From Candidatus Eiseniibacteriota bacterium (GTDB lineage Bacteria; Eisenbacteria; RBG-16-71-46): a stretch of 64,000 bases of DNA. Shown here piece after piece: positions 1 to 9,817 of this stretch. Within the stretch, counting starts at the first letter, position 1. Each line of letters begins with the position of its first letter. Below the pieces are notes generated by a model. The model was not told where the DNA came from and searched no databases. It was given only the letters and a program-made list of their open reading frames with translations. The DNA lies in contig CAVUWA010000009.1 of the NCBI GenBank assembly GCA_963744995.1, positions 160,001 through 224,000 on the forward strand, read 5' to 3'. The position numbers were made by a program, and so were the translations under genes.

Positions 1-68
1 AATTCGCCGAACCGCATCGAGCGGTCCAGCAGCATCTGCCGCAGCACGTCTCTCTCTTCGGTGCTCAT
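1..68 (-). CDS. pyrE: Orotate phosphoribosyltransferase, N-terminal fragment (runs off window start)
   Basis: Reverse strand from ATG at 68 reads MSTEERDVLRQMLLDRSMRFGE(F), matching the PyrE N-terminal pattern before FGEFxLxSG. GGGAG RBS upstream. Not in the ORF track. Confidence 0.65.
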   Translation of the reverse strand, partial: MSTEERDVLRQMLLDRSMRFGE

Positions 69-129
69 GGGACTCCCATCGGATGAGGCAGGGCCGCGAC
101 GGGCGCGGCCCCGGAGGTGTCGCGCAACC

Positions 130-202
130 AGTCTGCCGAGCCCGGCGCCGGCAAGTCAAGAACGCACCGGCCTTGACCGTTCCCCACGCGCATCCCTACA
201 CT
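130..202. promoter_or_regulatory. Divergent sigma70-like promoters
   Basis: + strand TTGACC(173-178)-N18-TACACT(197-202) toward the S8 gene. - strand TTGACT(159-154)-N18-CAGACT(135-130) toward pyrE. Confidence 0.45.
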
Positions 203-268
203 TTTCCACGTCTTGCGACCGGGACGCCGCCCCCCGCGGGAGCCGGTCGCTATTTCTTTGGGGCGCGC

Positions 269-3200
269 ATGCATCTGCTCGGACGGCTCATTCTGCTGGT
301 CCTCCTCGTCGCCCCGGCGGCCCCGGCGCGGGCGCTCGATCTGCCGGTGCGGGACCCCGACCGCGACGTGATCGACGGCCCGTCGTACCGCTCGGACGCT
401 CTGGAGCTGCGCCTGGCGCCGGCGGCCTCGCGCCAGGCGGCGATCGGCGTGGCATCGGCGCGCCTCGCGACGACACCGGCGGGTCCCTCCGCGCGGGTGC
501 GACTCCCGGAGCTGGGTGTCGCACGGGTGGACGGCGTGGCCCGGGCGCTGGGCGGTGCGACCTTCGAACCCGAGTTCCGCGGCGAGACGCCGCCCGGGGT
601 CGACTCCGGCGCACCGGACCTCGCCGCGTTCTTCATCGTTCACCTGCCGCGCGGCGCGCGGCTCGAAGAAGCCCTCCTGCGTTTCGCGGCGCTGCCGGAG
701 GTCGCGGTCGCCGATCCGATCGCGGTGCTGCCCGTCTCCGCCGTTCCGGACGACTCCCTGTGGACCCGGGCATGGTGGCTCTACGACCCGCCGACCCGTG
801 CGGACATCCACGCCCCCGAAGCCTGGGACGTCTCGATGGGCGACTCGGGCGTGGTGGTGGCGGTGCTCGACACCGGCATTCTGCCCTGGCATCCCGATCT
901 CGGCGGCACGCTCGCCGGCGGCGCAGGGCATCTGTGGGTGAACGCCGCCGAACGCGACGGCGTCGCGGGGGTGGACGACGACGGCAACGGCTGGGTGGAC
1001 GACGTGGCCGGCTGGGACTTCGTGGATCTCCTCACCGGATACGGCGTGCCCGCCGGCGAGGACTGGCAGGGCCAGGATCCCGATCCCAGCGACTACGCGG
1101 GCCACGGCAGCTTCGTCGCCGGTCTCATCGGCGCGCTGCCCGACAACGGCATCGGCCTGCCGGGCGCGGCGTGGAACGTGCGTCTCATGCCGGTACGCAT
1201 GGCGTGGGCGACGACGTCGAATCCGCTCGGGCTCGTCGACATGAGCTTCGCCGCGCAGGCGATCCACTACGCGTGGAAGAACGGCGCCAGCGTCATCAAT
1301 GCGTCGTGGGCGAGTCTTCTCCAGAACGGCCTCGATGCGGCGGCGCACGCGGCCATGCAGAACGGCGTCACGCTGGTGTGCGCCGCGGGGAACAACGGCC
1401 AGCCGCACGAGCTGGCGGGGTTCGAGGATGCGATCGAGGTCGCCGCGACCGACGCGACGGATGTGCTCGCGCCGTTCTCGAACCGCGGCGCGCGGGTGGA
1501 TCTGAGCGCGCCGGGCGTGAACATGGCGAGCACGTTCGTTACCCATGCCGGCACGGACAGCATCGGCGCACGCACGCCGTCCTACATGGCGGGGCTCGAC
1601 GGCACCTCGTTCGCGGCGCCGCTGGTCGCGGGCGCCGCGGCGCTCGTGCACGCATACCGCCGTGCGCGCGGCATGAAGCCGCTCACCGCGCCCGGAATGC
1701 GCCTGCGCCTGCGTGACACCGCCGACGACATCGCCGGGCTCAATCCCGGCGGCGGCTTCGGCGCGGGGCGCCTGCGCCTCGACCGCGCGCTCACCGACGG
1801 GCCGCGCTCGCAGGCGTTGCGCATGGGGCACGTGATGATCGGTGCACCGGTCGTGCTCGCGACCAGCCAGGGCGGCACGCGCATCGTCTCGGCGCACTTC
1901 GACCAGACCATGGTCATGCTCGACGGCCAGGACGGCGACACCACGTGGGTGGCCCCGACGCCTGGCGTGCCGCTCGGCCAGGTCGCGGCCGCGGACCTGG
2001 GCGGTGGCATCGGCGTCGCTCTGTTCGTCGGCACGGGTCCGGGCCGCATCGCCGGATTCGATGCACATGGCCGGCCGCTCGCCGGCTGGCCGGTGACGGT
2101 GCCGGGCTTCCTGCCTCAACCGCTGCCGGCGCTCGGCGACATCGACGGCGACGGGCGCCCGGACGTGGTCGCGAGCACGGGGGATCGGGTCGTGGCCTAC
2201 CACGCGGACGCGACGCCGGTCACCGGGTTCCCGGTGATGCTCCCGGCAACGACCACGGAGGTGGCGCTCGCCGACCTCGATGGACAGCCGGGGATGGAGA
2301 TCGTCGTCGGCGCCGCCGGTTCGCTCTACGTGCTCGATGGCCAGGGGCAGGTCGTCACGGGCTGGCCGGTGAGCGCCGGACTCACCCGGCCGCCGGTGGT
2401 GGGGCTGCTGGCCCCGTTCGCGACGCCGAGCATCGTCGCGATCGCCGGCGCGCAGATGTCGGCGTACGCCCCGGACGGCGCGCCGCGCTGGGGGCCGCGC
2501 GATCTCGGCGGCGCTGCGCTCGGCGCACCGGCGCTCGGCGATCTGGACGGTGATGGCGCCCTGGACATCGTGGTCCCCACCAGCGCGCCCAACCTTGCCG
2601 CGTTCGACTCGCTCGGCATGCCGCTCGCCGGCTGGCCCGCAGCGCTCGCCTCGCCCCCGAGCGGTCATCCGGTGATCGGCCCGCTCGACGCCTCGGGTCG
2701 TGCCGCCGCGCTGGTCTACCGGAGCGGCGGTCTGGTCGCGTTCGACGACAGCGCGCGCGCGATTTCCGGCTACCCGCGCCCGGGCGGCGTGGGGCCGGCG
2801 CCGACGCTCGCCGAGATCGATGCCGACGGCCGTACCGAGATCCTGGCCGGCACCGATTCCCGGTGGTTCTTCTACATCTATGACGCCGGGCCCGACACGT
2901 GGACCGGGCCCGCCGCCTGGCCGACGGCGCGCGGCAACTTCGCCCGCACCGGCGCAGCCGGCGTCCAGGCGCCGGTGATCGAGGATCTGCGGCCGGCGTC
3001 GGTGAGCGATCTCTCCGTGCTCGCATCCACCGACACCGGCGCGACGCTCGGCTGGACCGCGGTGGGCGAAGACGGCGTCGATGGGCGCCCGGCGAGCTAC
3101 GAGGTGCGCGCGGCGACCCGGCCGATCGACGCCGCGACCTTCGATGCCGCGCCGATCCGGTTCAGCCAGGCGGCGGCCGTCGATGCCGGCGGGCAGGAGT

Positions 3201-3616
3201 CTTCACAGGTGAGCGGGCTCGGCGCGCCCGCAACGTGGTGGTTCGCCGTGCGCGCGGTGGATGCCGCGGGACAGGCGGGCGGGATCTCGAACAACGCCTC
3301 GATCACGCTCACCGGCGGCGGCCCGCTGGCCGGGCGCCCGGGCCCCGCGATCGTGGCGCGTGCGCTGCCGTCACGGCTGCCGGTCGAGCTCTACTGGAAG
3401 GCGGCCGCTGTTCCTGCCCCCGGGCCGCAGAAGATCGAGCTCTTCGACATTTCGGGGCGGCTCGTGCGCACGCTGCCGCTCGATGCCGCCCCGCAGGGGA
3501 TCGCGACGTGGGATGGCCGCACGAATCAAGGCGACCGGCTCCGCGCCGGCATGTATTTCGCGCGCCTGATGAGTGGATCCTTCCACGCACAGGCGCGCGT
3601 CGTGCTGCTTCCCTGA
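269..3616 (+). CDS. Secreted subtilisin-like S8 serine protease with FG-GAP/VCBS repeats, FN3-like domain and T9SS-A/FlgD-Ig-like CTD
   Basis: Signal peptide from ATG 269 (MHLLGRLILLVLLVAPAAPARA). Triad motifs VLDTG, GHGSFVAG, GTSFAAP. Repeated GD(I/L)DGDG..D/E motifs. C-terminus ELFDISGRLVRTL...WDGR...AGMYFARL. Confidence 0.9.
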   Translation: MHLLGRLILLVLLVAPAAPARALDLPVRDPDRDVIDGPSYRSDALELRLAPAASRQAAIGVASARLATTPAGPSARVRLPELGVARVDGVARALGGATFEPEFRGETPPGVDSGAPDLAAFFIVHLPRGARLEEALLRFAALPEVAVADPIAVLPVSAVPDDSLWTRAWWLYDPPTRADIHAPEAWDVSMGDSGVVVAVLDTGILPWHPDLGGTLAGGAGHLWVNAAERDGVAGVDDDGNGWVDDVAGWDFVDLLTGYGVPAGEDWQGQDPDPSDYAGHGSFVAGLIGALPDNGIGLPGAAWNVRLMPVRMAWATTSNPLGLVDMSFAAQAIHYAWKNGASVINASWASLLQNGLDAAAHAAMQNGVTLVCAAGNNGQPHELAGFEDAIEVAATDATDVLAPFSNRGARVDLSAPGVNMASTFVTHAGTDSIGARTPSYMAGLDGTSFAAPLVAGAAALVHAYRRARGMKPLTAPGMRLRLRDTADDIAGLNPGGGFGAGRLRLDRALTDGPRSQALRMGHVMIGAPVVLATSQGGTRIVSAHFDQTMVMLDGQDGDTTWVAPTPGVPLGQVAAADLGGGIGVALFVGTGPGRIAGFDAHGRPLAGWPVTVPGFLPQPLPALGDIDGDGRPDVVASTGDRVVAYHADATPVTGFPVMLPATTTEVALADLDGQPGMEIVVGAAGSLYVLDGQGQVVTGWPVSAGLTRPPVVGLLAPFATPSIVAIAGAQMSAYAPDGAPRWGPRDLGGAALGAPALGDLDGDGALDIVVPTSAPNLAAFDSLGMPLAGWPAALASPPSGHPVIGPLDASGRAAALVYRSGGLVAFDDSARAISGYPRPGGVGPAPTLAEIDADGRTEILAGTDSRWFFYIYDAGPDTWTGPAAWPTARGNFARTGAAGVQAPVIEDLRPASVSDLSVLASTDTGATLGWTAVGEDGVDGRPASYEVRAATRPIDAATFDAAPIRFSQAAAVDAGGQESSQVSGLGAPATWWFAVRAVDAAGQAGGISNNASITLTGGGPLAGRPGPAIVARALPSRLPVELYWKAAAVPAPGPQKIELFDISGRLVRTLPLDAAPQGIATWDGRTNQGDRLRAGMYFARLMSGSFHAQARVVLLP

Positions 3617-3679
3617 AGCACTCAGGAGAGGGTCGTCCCCCGATTCGAGGCTCCGTCGTTCCGCTCGCGCGGATCGTGA

Positions 3680-4060
3680 CTAATGGACGTCGCCTTCGCC
3701 CTGGGTATAGAGCGCGTACGGGCTGACGTTGCCGGCATCGTCGATGGCACGCACCGCGAACGTCGAACTCACCGTCGCCGACGGTACGTCCATGCGCGTC
3801 GCCGCGGTCGAACCGACCAGGCCGTACTGGTTGCCGTCCACCACGTACACTTCGTAGTTCGCGACGTCGGGGGCCGCGCTCGGCTCCCAGATCACCGTGA
3901 TATCCTTCGACAGCCCGCTGGTGAGGACGCTGATGCCCGTGACGGCCGGCGGCGGCGTGGTGTCGCCGACGTTCGTCGGGCTCGTGGCCTGCGTCGAGTT
4001 GCCACAGCCACTCAGGATCGCCAACATGGCGACCGCGGTGATGATGTGCGAGAACTTCAC
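3680..4060 (-). CDS. Small lipoprotein with FN3-like domain
   Basis: AAGGAGG RBS, lipobox ILSGC, DTTPPPAV...W.PS..DV..YEVY...FAVRAIDDAGNVS pattern typical of FN3. Confidence 0.75.
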   Translation of the reverse strand: MKFSHIITAVAMLAILSGCGNSTQATSPTNVGDTTPPPAVTGISVLTSGLSKDITVIWEPSAAPDVANYEVYVVDGNQYGLVGSTAATRMDVPSATVSSTFAVRAIDDAGNVSPYALYTQGEGDVH

Positions 4061-4149
4061 GACCCTGCCTCCTTGAAAGGATTCCTTTGATTCAGTCCAA
4101 GGCCGAGGTCGCTCGGGACCTTCCGGCCTGCCACGGGGGTGCTGGGGCG

Positions 4150-4165
4150 AGCAATCGGGGTGCCA
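4150..4165 (-). promoter_or_regulatory. sigma54 -24/-12 promoter for the FN3 lipoprotein
   Basis: Minus strand reads TGGCAC-CCCGA-TTGCT, the consensus TGGCAC-N5-TTGCW, about 90 nt upstream of the start. Confidence 0.7.
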
Positions 4166-4260
4166 GAGCGGCCGAAGCGCGGGAAAGCCCGGCGCACAGC
4201 GAGTTGTGCGCGCGGACGCACGCGTGGAGTCCGCCCGATGGGAGCCGCATCGGATGCGGG

Positions 4261-6306
4261 TTGCAACGCCCGCTGCGGCCGGCGTTGCGGCTTGCGCTTC
4301 GGGCAGGCGCAGCGGCGCTCTTTGCCCTGGCGGCGACCGCCGGCGTCAGCGCCGCCGGCAATGCCTCGGGCGCGACCCCGTTCGAGACCCCGTTCGTGCG
4401 GCCGCCGCTCGATCCGCCCATCGTGCTCACCGGCGATTTCGGCGAGTCGCGCAGCGGCCGCTATCACGGCGGGCTGGATTTCTCGACCGGTGGCGCCATC
4501 GGTCGTCCCGTGCATGCGCCGCTCGCCGGCTGGATCGAGCGCGTGCGCGCCTCGGGCGCGGGCTACGGCCGCTCGATCTACCTGCACGCCGACGACGGGC
4601 GCCTGCTCGTGTTCGGCCACCTCGACGCGTTCGACGAACCGCTCGCGTCGTACGTCGACGCGGCCCAGGCGAGGCACGGCGTCTACGAGCAGGACCTCTG
4701 GCCGGGCAGGGACCACTTCCGCGTGAGCGCGGGCCAGCGCATCGCATGGACCGGTGAGAGCGGGGCGGGTCCCGCGCACATGCACCTCGAAGTGCGCCGC
4801 GGCGACGTGGCGTACAACCCGCTGCGCGCGGGGATGACCGCGGACGACGTGACGACGCCGGTGCTCAGGCGGCTCACGCTCGAGCCGCTGGATTCCCGCT
4901 CGTTCGTCGCGCGTTCGCCTGCGCCGTGGACGCTGCGACTGGACGGCGCGGCCGACACCGTGCTGGTCGAGGGCCGGGTGCGCGCCATCGTCGAGGCGAA
5001 GGACGGCGCGAGCGGCAACGGACTTCACTTCGCACCGTGGGCCACCGGCGTTTCGTTCGGCGCGCTCACGGTCGCGTGCCAGTTCGACAGCGCGACCTGG
5101 GGCGGCGACATGGCCGATGCCGACTACGTCTACGACCATGGCCGCTCGGGACCCGGCAACGGCCTGGTGCTCTGGTTCGACGGCGCGTTCCGGCCGACGG
5201 TGATCGTCGGCGGCTACGGGCGGAAGGACGCGGCGATCGAAGTGCATCCGGGGGATCCGCCCGTGCCGCTCGAGGTGAGCGCGGTGGACGTGGCCGGCCG
5301 CCGCGCGTCGCAGGTGATCTGGCTGCGCGGCCCGGCGCCGGACGAGATCGGGCCCGATACGTCGCGCACCGGTCCACCCGCGCCACATCGTGCCGAAGGG
5401 GGGTTCGAGCTCGGCATCCTTCCGGACCGCGAGCTGCGCGTGTCGCTGCTCGACGCGCCGGCGGGCAGCCGGCGGGTCACGGTGTGCGGCGCGCCCGCCG
5501 TGTGGAAGGGCGGGCGCTGGAGCGTGATCGTGCCGTTCGATTCGGTGCTGCAGGCGCCGCCGGGCGCCGCCGCGACGGAACGCACCGTGGTGCGGCTCGA
5601 GGCGCAGGGCGTCGCGCCGAACGGCAGGCCGTGGACGCGCGCCGAGCATCCGCACGCGCAGACGGACGACGGCTCGCGCTGGTCGTTCTCGCCGGCGGGG
5701 CCGTTCGACTGGTGGCTCGCCGCGGACGCGGTCTACGAGCCGGCGCTGCTCGCGCGCCGCAGGGAGCCCGCGCCGCACGGCACGTCGGAGCTCGTGCCGA
5801 TGAGCGAAACCTGGTCGCTCGATCCCGCCGACCTGCCGCTGCGCGCCGACGTGCGGCTGCGCTTCGCACTGCCCGAGGGCGTGCGCCCGGCGCGTGTCGA
5901 CGTCTACCGCGCCCGGGGGCGCGGCTGGGACGCGCTCGGCGCCGGGTACGACTCCACCGCACACGCGTTCGAGGCCGGCACGCGTCAGCTCGGCACCTTC
6001 GCGCTGTTCGCCGACACGCTCGCTCCGCGGGTGCGGCTCTACCGGCCGCGCGTGATCACGGCGCGTCCCGTCAGGCGCTGGTCGCTCGAGGCGCGCGTCA
6101 GCGAGGCGGGCAGCGGCGTGGATCGCGACCGCTCGTGGATCGAGGTCGACGGCCGGCGCATGCCGACCGAGTGGGACGGCGAGCGGCGGCGCCTGCGCTG
6201 GCGCCCGCCCCGGCGGCCCGCGCGCGGCACGCATGCGGTGATCGTCGTCGCCACCGACGCGGCGGGCAACACGCGCCGTCGGCGGGGAAGCTTTGTGATA
6301 AATTAG
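4261..6306 (+). CDS. M23 family metallopeptidase with long C-terminal beta-rich extension (start uncertain: TTG 4261 or 4285)
   Basis: GDFGESRSGRYHGGLDF (HxxxD), GYGRSIYL, GPAHMHLE (HxH); signal-peptide-like N-terminus. Confidence 0.8.
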   Translation: MQRPLRPALRLALRAGAAALFALAATAGVSAAGNASGATPFETPFVRPPLDPPIVLTGDFGESRSGRYHGGLDFSTGGAIGRPVHAPLAGWIERVRASGAGYGRSIYLHADDGRLLVFGHLDAFDEPLASYVDAAQARHGVYEQDLWPGRDHFRVSAGQRIAWTGESGAGPAHMHLEVRRGDVAYNPLRAGMTADDVTTPVLRRLTLEPLDSRSFVARSPAPWTLRLDGAADTVLVEGRVRAIVEAKDGASGNGLHFAPWATGVSFGALTVACQFDSATWGGDMADADYVYDHGRSGPGNGLVLWFDGAFRPTVIVGGYGRKDAAIEVHPGDPPVPLEVSAVDVAGRRASQVIWLRGPAPDEIGPDTSRTGPPAPHRAEGGFELGILPDRELRVSLLDAPAGSRRVTVCGAPAVWKGGRWSVIVPFDSVLQAPPGAAATERTVVRLEAQGVAPNGRPWTRAEHPHAQTDDGSRWSFSPAGPFDWWLAADAVYEPALLARRREPAPHGTSELVPMSETWSLDPADLPLRADVRLRFALPEGVRPARVDVYRARGRGWDALGAGYDSTAHAFEAGTRQLGTFALFADTLAPRVRLYRPRVITARPVRRWSLEARVSEAGSGVDRDRSWIEVDGRRMPTEWDGERRRLRWRPPRRPARGTHAVIVVATDAAGNTRRRRGSFVIN

Positions 6307-6388
6307 CGCGGTCGACGGATGCCGCGGGCGAATCCCGCCGTCCATTCCAGGCCCCGACCGCGATCGACCCGCTGCGCAGGATGCGCCC

Positions 6389-9300
6389 TTGAAACACAGC
6401 GACTTCGTTCATCTCCACAATCACAGCGACTATTCGCTGCTGGACGGCGCGAATCCGATTCGCCGCATGGTCGCGCGCGCCGCCGAGTTGAAGATGCCCG
6501 CTCTGGCGCTCACCGACCACGGTTCGATGTTCGGGGCGGTGCAGTTCTACCAGGCGGCGCGCAAGGCGGGGGTGAAGCCGATCGTCGGCATGGAAGCCTA
6601 CGTGACGCGCGGCAACCGCAAGGAGCGCAGGCGCGACACGGCGCATCATCTCGTGCTGCTATGCCGCGACGAGCGCGGCTTCCGCAACCTCATGAAGCTG
6701 TCGTCGCTGGCCTTCCTCGAGGGGTTCTACTACAAGCCGCGCGTGGACCACGAGATCCTGGCGCAGCACGCGGAGGGGCTGATCGCGCTGTCGGCGTGCC
6801 CGAAGGGCGAGGTCGCCACCGATCTGGTGGAGGGCACCGAGGACGAGGCGGTGCGCACGGCCGGTCTCTACCAGGAGATCTTCGGCGCCGAACACTACTT
6901 CCTCGAAATGCAGAACCACGGGCTCGAGATCGAAGACCGGATCCGCGCCGGGGTCGAACGCCTGTCGCGCCGCACCGGAATCCCGCTGGTCGCGACCAAC
7001 GACTGTCACTACCTGAAGCACGAGGACGCCGCCGCGCACGACGTGCTGCTGTGCATCCAGACCGGCAAGAACGTCGACGACGTGAACCGGATGCGCTACG
7101 AGACCGATCAGGTCTACTTCAAGTCCGCCGAAGAAATGAAGCAGCTGTTCGCCGATCACCCCGAGGCGGTGCGCAACACCCTGGCGATCGCGGAACGCTG
7201 CAACCTGCAGCTCGAATTCGGCAAACCCCTGCTGCCGGCGTTCCCGCTGCCCGAGGGCGCCGAGAGCCCCGAGCAGTACCTGCGCGATCTGGCCTGGGGC
7301 GAGCTCAAGCAGCGCTACGGCGAGCTGACCGATACGCTGCGCGAGCGCATGGCGTACGAGCTCGACGTGATCTGCCGCATGGGATTCGCCTCGTATTTCC
7401 TGATCGTGCGCGACTTCATCGAGTACGCGCGCTCGCATGGCATCGGCGTGGGTCCGGGACGCGGCTCGGTGGCGGGCTCGCTGGTCGCCTACGCGCTCGG
7501 CATCACCGACATCGATCCGATCGAGCACCAGCTGATCTTCGAGCGCTTCCTGAATCCCGAGCGCGTGACGATGCCCGACATCGACATCGACTTCGACGAC
7601 CTGCGGCGCGGCGAGGTGATCGAATACGTGAAGGAGAAATACGGCGAGGGCAACGTCACCCAGATCATCACCTTCGGCACGATGGGCGCGAAAGGGGTGA
7701 TCCGCGACGTCGGCCGCGCGCTCGGCATGGCGTTCGCCGAGGTGGACCGCATCGCCAAGATGGTGCCCGACGGGCTCGGCATGACGCTCGACCGCGCGAT
7801 GGAGCTGGCGCCGGATCTCAAGAACCTGCCGAAGAAGGGGCCGCCGTTCGACCGGCTGCTGAAGAGCGCGGTGACCCTCGAAGGGCTCGCGCGGCACGCG
7901 TCCACACACGCCGCCGGCGTGCTGATCACCCCCGGCCCGCTCATGGACTACGTGCCGCTCTACCGCCAGAAGGACGATTCGATCACCACGCAGTGGGACA
8001 TGAAGTCCGTCGAGAAGGCCGGGCTGCTCAAGATGGACTTCCTCGGCCTGCGCACGCTGTCGGTGCTCGCCGAGGCGCGGGCGCTGGTGGGCCGGCATCA
8101 CGCCGTCGAGATCGACCTCAAGAAGCTGCCCATGGACGACGCGGAGACCTACCGGATCTTCCAGACCGCCGACACCGTCGCGATCTTCCAGTTCGAGTCG
8201 GCGGGCATGCGCGACTATCTCCGGCGGCTCAGGCCCACCGTATTCGCCGACCTCACCGCCATGAACGCGCTGTACCGCCCGGGCCCGATGGAGAACATTC
8301 CGTACTTCATCGACTGCAAGCACGGCCGCCAGGTCGCGAAGTACGATCACCCCGCGCTGAAGCCGATCCTCGAGGACACCTACGGCGTATTCGTGTACCA
8401 GGAGCAGGTGATGGCCGCCGCGAACGCGCTCGCCGGCTTCTCGATGGCGCAGGGCGACCTGCTGCGCCGCGCGATGGGGAAGAAGCTCGCCGAGGAGATG
8501 GACGCGCAGAAGAAGGCGTTCGTCGAAGGCTGCCGCAAGAACGGCATCGCCACCGCACGCGCCGAGAAGATCTTCGGCACGATGGAGAAGTTCGCCGGAT
8601 ACGGCTTCAACAAGAGTCATAGTGCCGCCTACGCGCTCGTCGCCTATCAGAGCGCCTATTTCAAGGCGCACTACCCGGCCGAGTTCATGGCGGCGACGCT
8701 CACCAGCGAGATGTCCGACAGCGCGCGCGTGGTCACGCTCATCGAAGAGTGCCGGCGCATGGGGATCGAGATCCTGGCGCCCGACGTGAACGCGTCGGCG
8801 TGGAAGTTCACCATCGAGGACGGGCGCATCCGCTACGGCCTCGGCGCGATCCGCAACGTCGGCCAGAACGCGGTCGAGAGCATCGTCGCCGCGCGGCAGA
8901 CGGGCGGCGCGTTCGCGGACCTGTTCGATCTCGCACGACGCCTCGACGGACGCGCGGTCAACCGCCGCGTGCTGGAGAGCCTGGTCGCGGCGGGGGCGTG
9001 CGACGCGTTCGGCATCGACCGCGGCATCCTCGCGGCGGGGGCGGGGCGCATGCTGGAACACGCGGCCGCGCTGCAGCGTGAGCGCGAAAGCGGGCAGTCC
9101 TCGCTGTTCGGCGAGGAGCCGGGCGGTGTTGCGGTGGCGGCGCCCGCGATGCCGGACGCCGAGCTCTGGTCGCACCGCGAGCGCAGCGCGAAGGAGAAGG
9201 AGGTGCTGGGCTTCTACTTCTCCGATCACCCGCTGGTGCCGATGCGCGAGGCGCTCGCGCGGGTGGCGACGCACCTCGCCGTGGACGCGGCGCAGTGCGA

Positions 9301-9817
9301 GGACGGCACCGAAGTGCGGCTCGCCGGTCTGCTCGGCGAGGTGCGCCGCATCACTACGCGTGCGGGCAAGCAGATGGCTGCGGTGCAGTTCGAGGATCTT
9401 TCCGGCCGCATCGAGGTGACGGTGTTCCCCGAAGCCTACGAGACGCATCGTGAGCGGCTGCTGCCGGAGTCGATCGTCGTGCTGACCGGGCGGATCGAGG
9501 CGAGCGAGGACCGCGGCTCGAAGCTGCTGCTCGCCAATCTCGAGCCGTTCGAGGCGGCTCAGGAAACCTACCGGCCCTGCCTGCACATCGAAGTGCGTGC
9601 CGAGGCACTGTCGGAGCGCCAGCTCGAAGGCATCGACGAAGTGCTTTCATCCCACGCCGGGCCGTGCGAGGTTTACCTGCACATCGTGCGGCCCGATCAT
9701 TCGCGCCTGGCGATGCGCTCGAAGCGCTTTCGCGTGGTGGAAAGGGACACCGTGATGCGCGCGCTCAAGGAGCGCGTGAGCGGGCTGCGCACGTGGTGGG
9801 GGAAAGGAGCCGGATGA
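6389..9817 (+). CDS. dnaE: DNA polymerase III alpha subunit
   Basis: FVHLHNHSDYSLLDG (PHP), GPGRGS, FERFLNPER.TMPDIDIDF, FAGYGFNKSHSAAY, OB fold. Confidence 0.98.
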   Translation: MKHSDFVHLHNHSDYSLLDGANPIRRMVARAAELKMPALALTDHGSMFGAVQFYQAARKAGVKPIVGMEAYVTRGNRKERRRDTAHHLVLLCRDERGFRNLMKLSSLAFLEGFYYKPRVDHEILAQHAEGLIALSACPKGEVATDLVEGTEDEAVRTAGLYQEIFGAEHYFLEMQNHGLEIEDRIRAGVERLSRRTGIPLVATNDCHYLKHEDAAAHDVLLCIQTGKNVDDVNRMRYETDQVYFKSAEEMKQLFADHPEAVRNTLAIAERCNLQLEFGKPLLPAFPLPEGAESPEQYLRDLAWGELKQRYGELTDTLRERMAYELDVICRMGFASYFLIVRDFIEYARSHGIGVGPGRGSVAGSLVAYALGITDIDPIEHQLIFERFLNPERVTMPDIDIDFDDLRRGEVIEYVKEKYGEGNVTQIITFGTMGAKGVIRDVGRALGMAFAEVDRIAKMVPDGLGMTLDRAMELAPDLKNLPKKGPPFDRLLKSAVTLEGLARHASTHAAGVLITPGPLMDYVPLYRQKDDSITTQWDMKSVEKAGLLKMDFLGLRTLSVLAEARALVGRHHAVEIDLKKLPMDDAETYRIFQTADTVAIFQFESAGMRDYLRRLRPTVFADLTAMNALYRPGPMENIPYFIDCKHGRQVAKYDHPALKPILEDTYGVFVYQEQVMAAANALAGFSMAQGDLLRRAMGKKLAEEMDAQKKAFVEGCRKNGIATARAEKIFGTMEKFAGYGFNKSHSAAYALVAYQSAYFKAHYPAEFMAATLTSEMSDSARVVTLIEECRRMGIEILAPDVNASAWKFTIEDGRIRYGLGAIRNVGQNAVESIVAARQTGGAFADLFDLARRLDGRAVNRRVLESLVAAGACDAFGIDRGILAAGAGRMLEHAAALQRERESGQSSLFGEEPGGVAVAAPAMPDAELWSHRERSAKEKEVLGFYFSDHPLVPMREALARVATHLAVDAAQCEDGTEVRLAGLLGEVRRITTRAGKQMAAVQFEDLSGRIEVTVFPEAYETHRERLLPESIVVLTGRIEASEDRGSKLLLANLEPFEAAQETYRPCLHIEVRAEALSERQLEGIDEVLSSHAGPCEVYLHIVRPDHSRLAMRSKRFRVVERDTVMRALKERVSGLRTWWGKGAG

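Noticed and set aside
6659..9586. Very long antisense ORFs (e.g. 975 aa opposite dnaE, 851 aa opposite the C25 gene, 867 aa opposite S8)
   Set aside because: Expected shadows of high-GC codon bias; no recognisable motifs, and the sense strand carries conserved genes.
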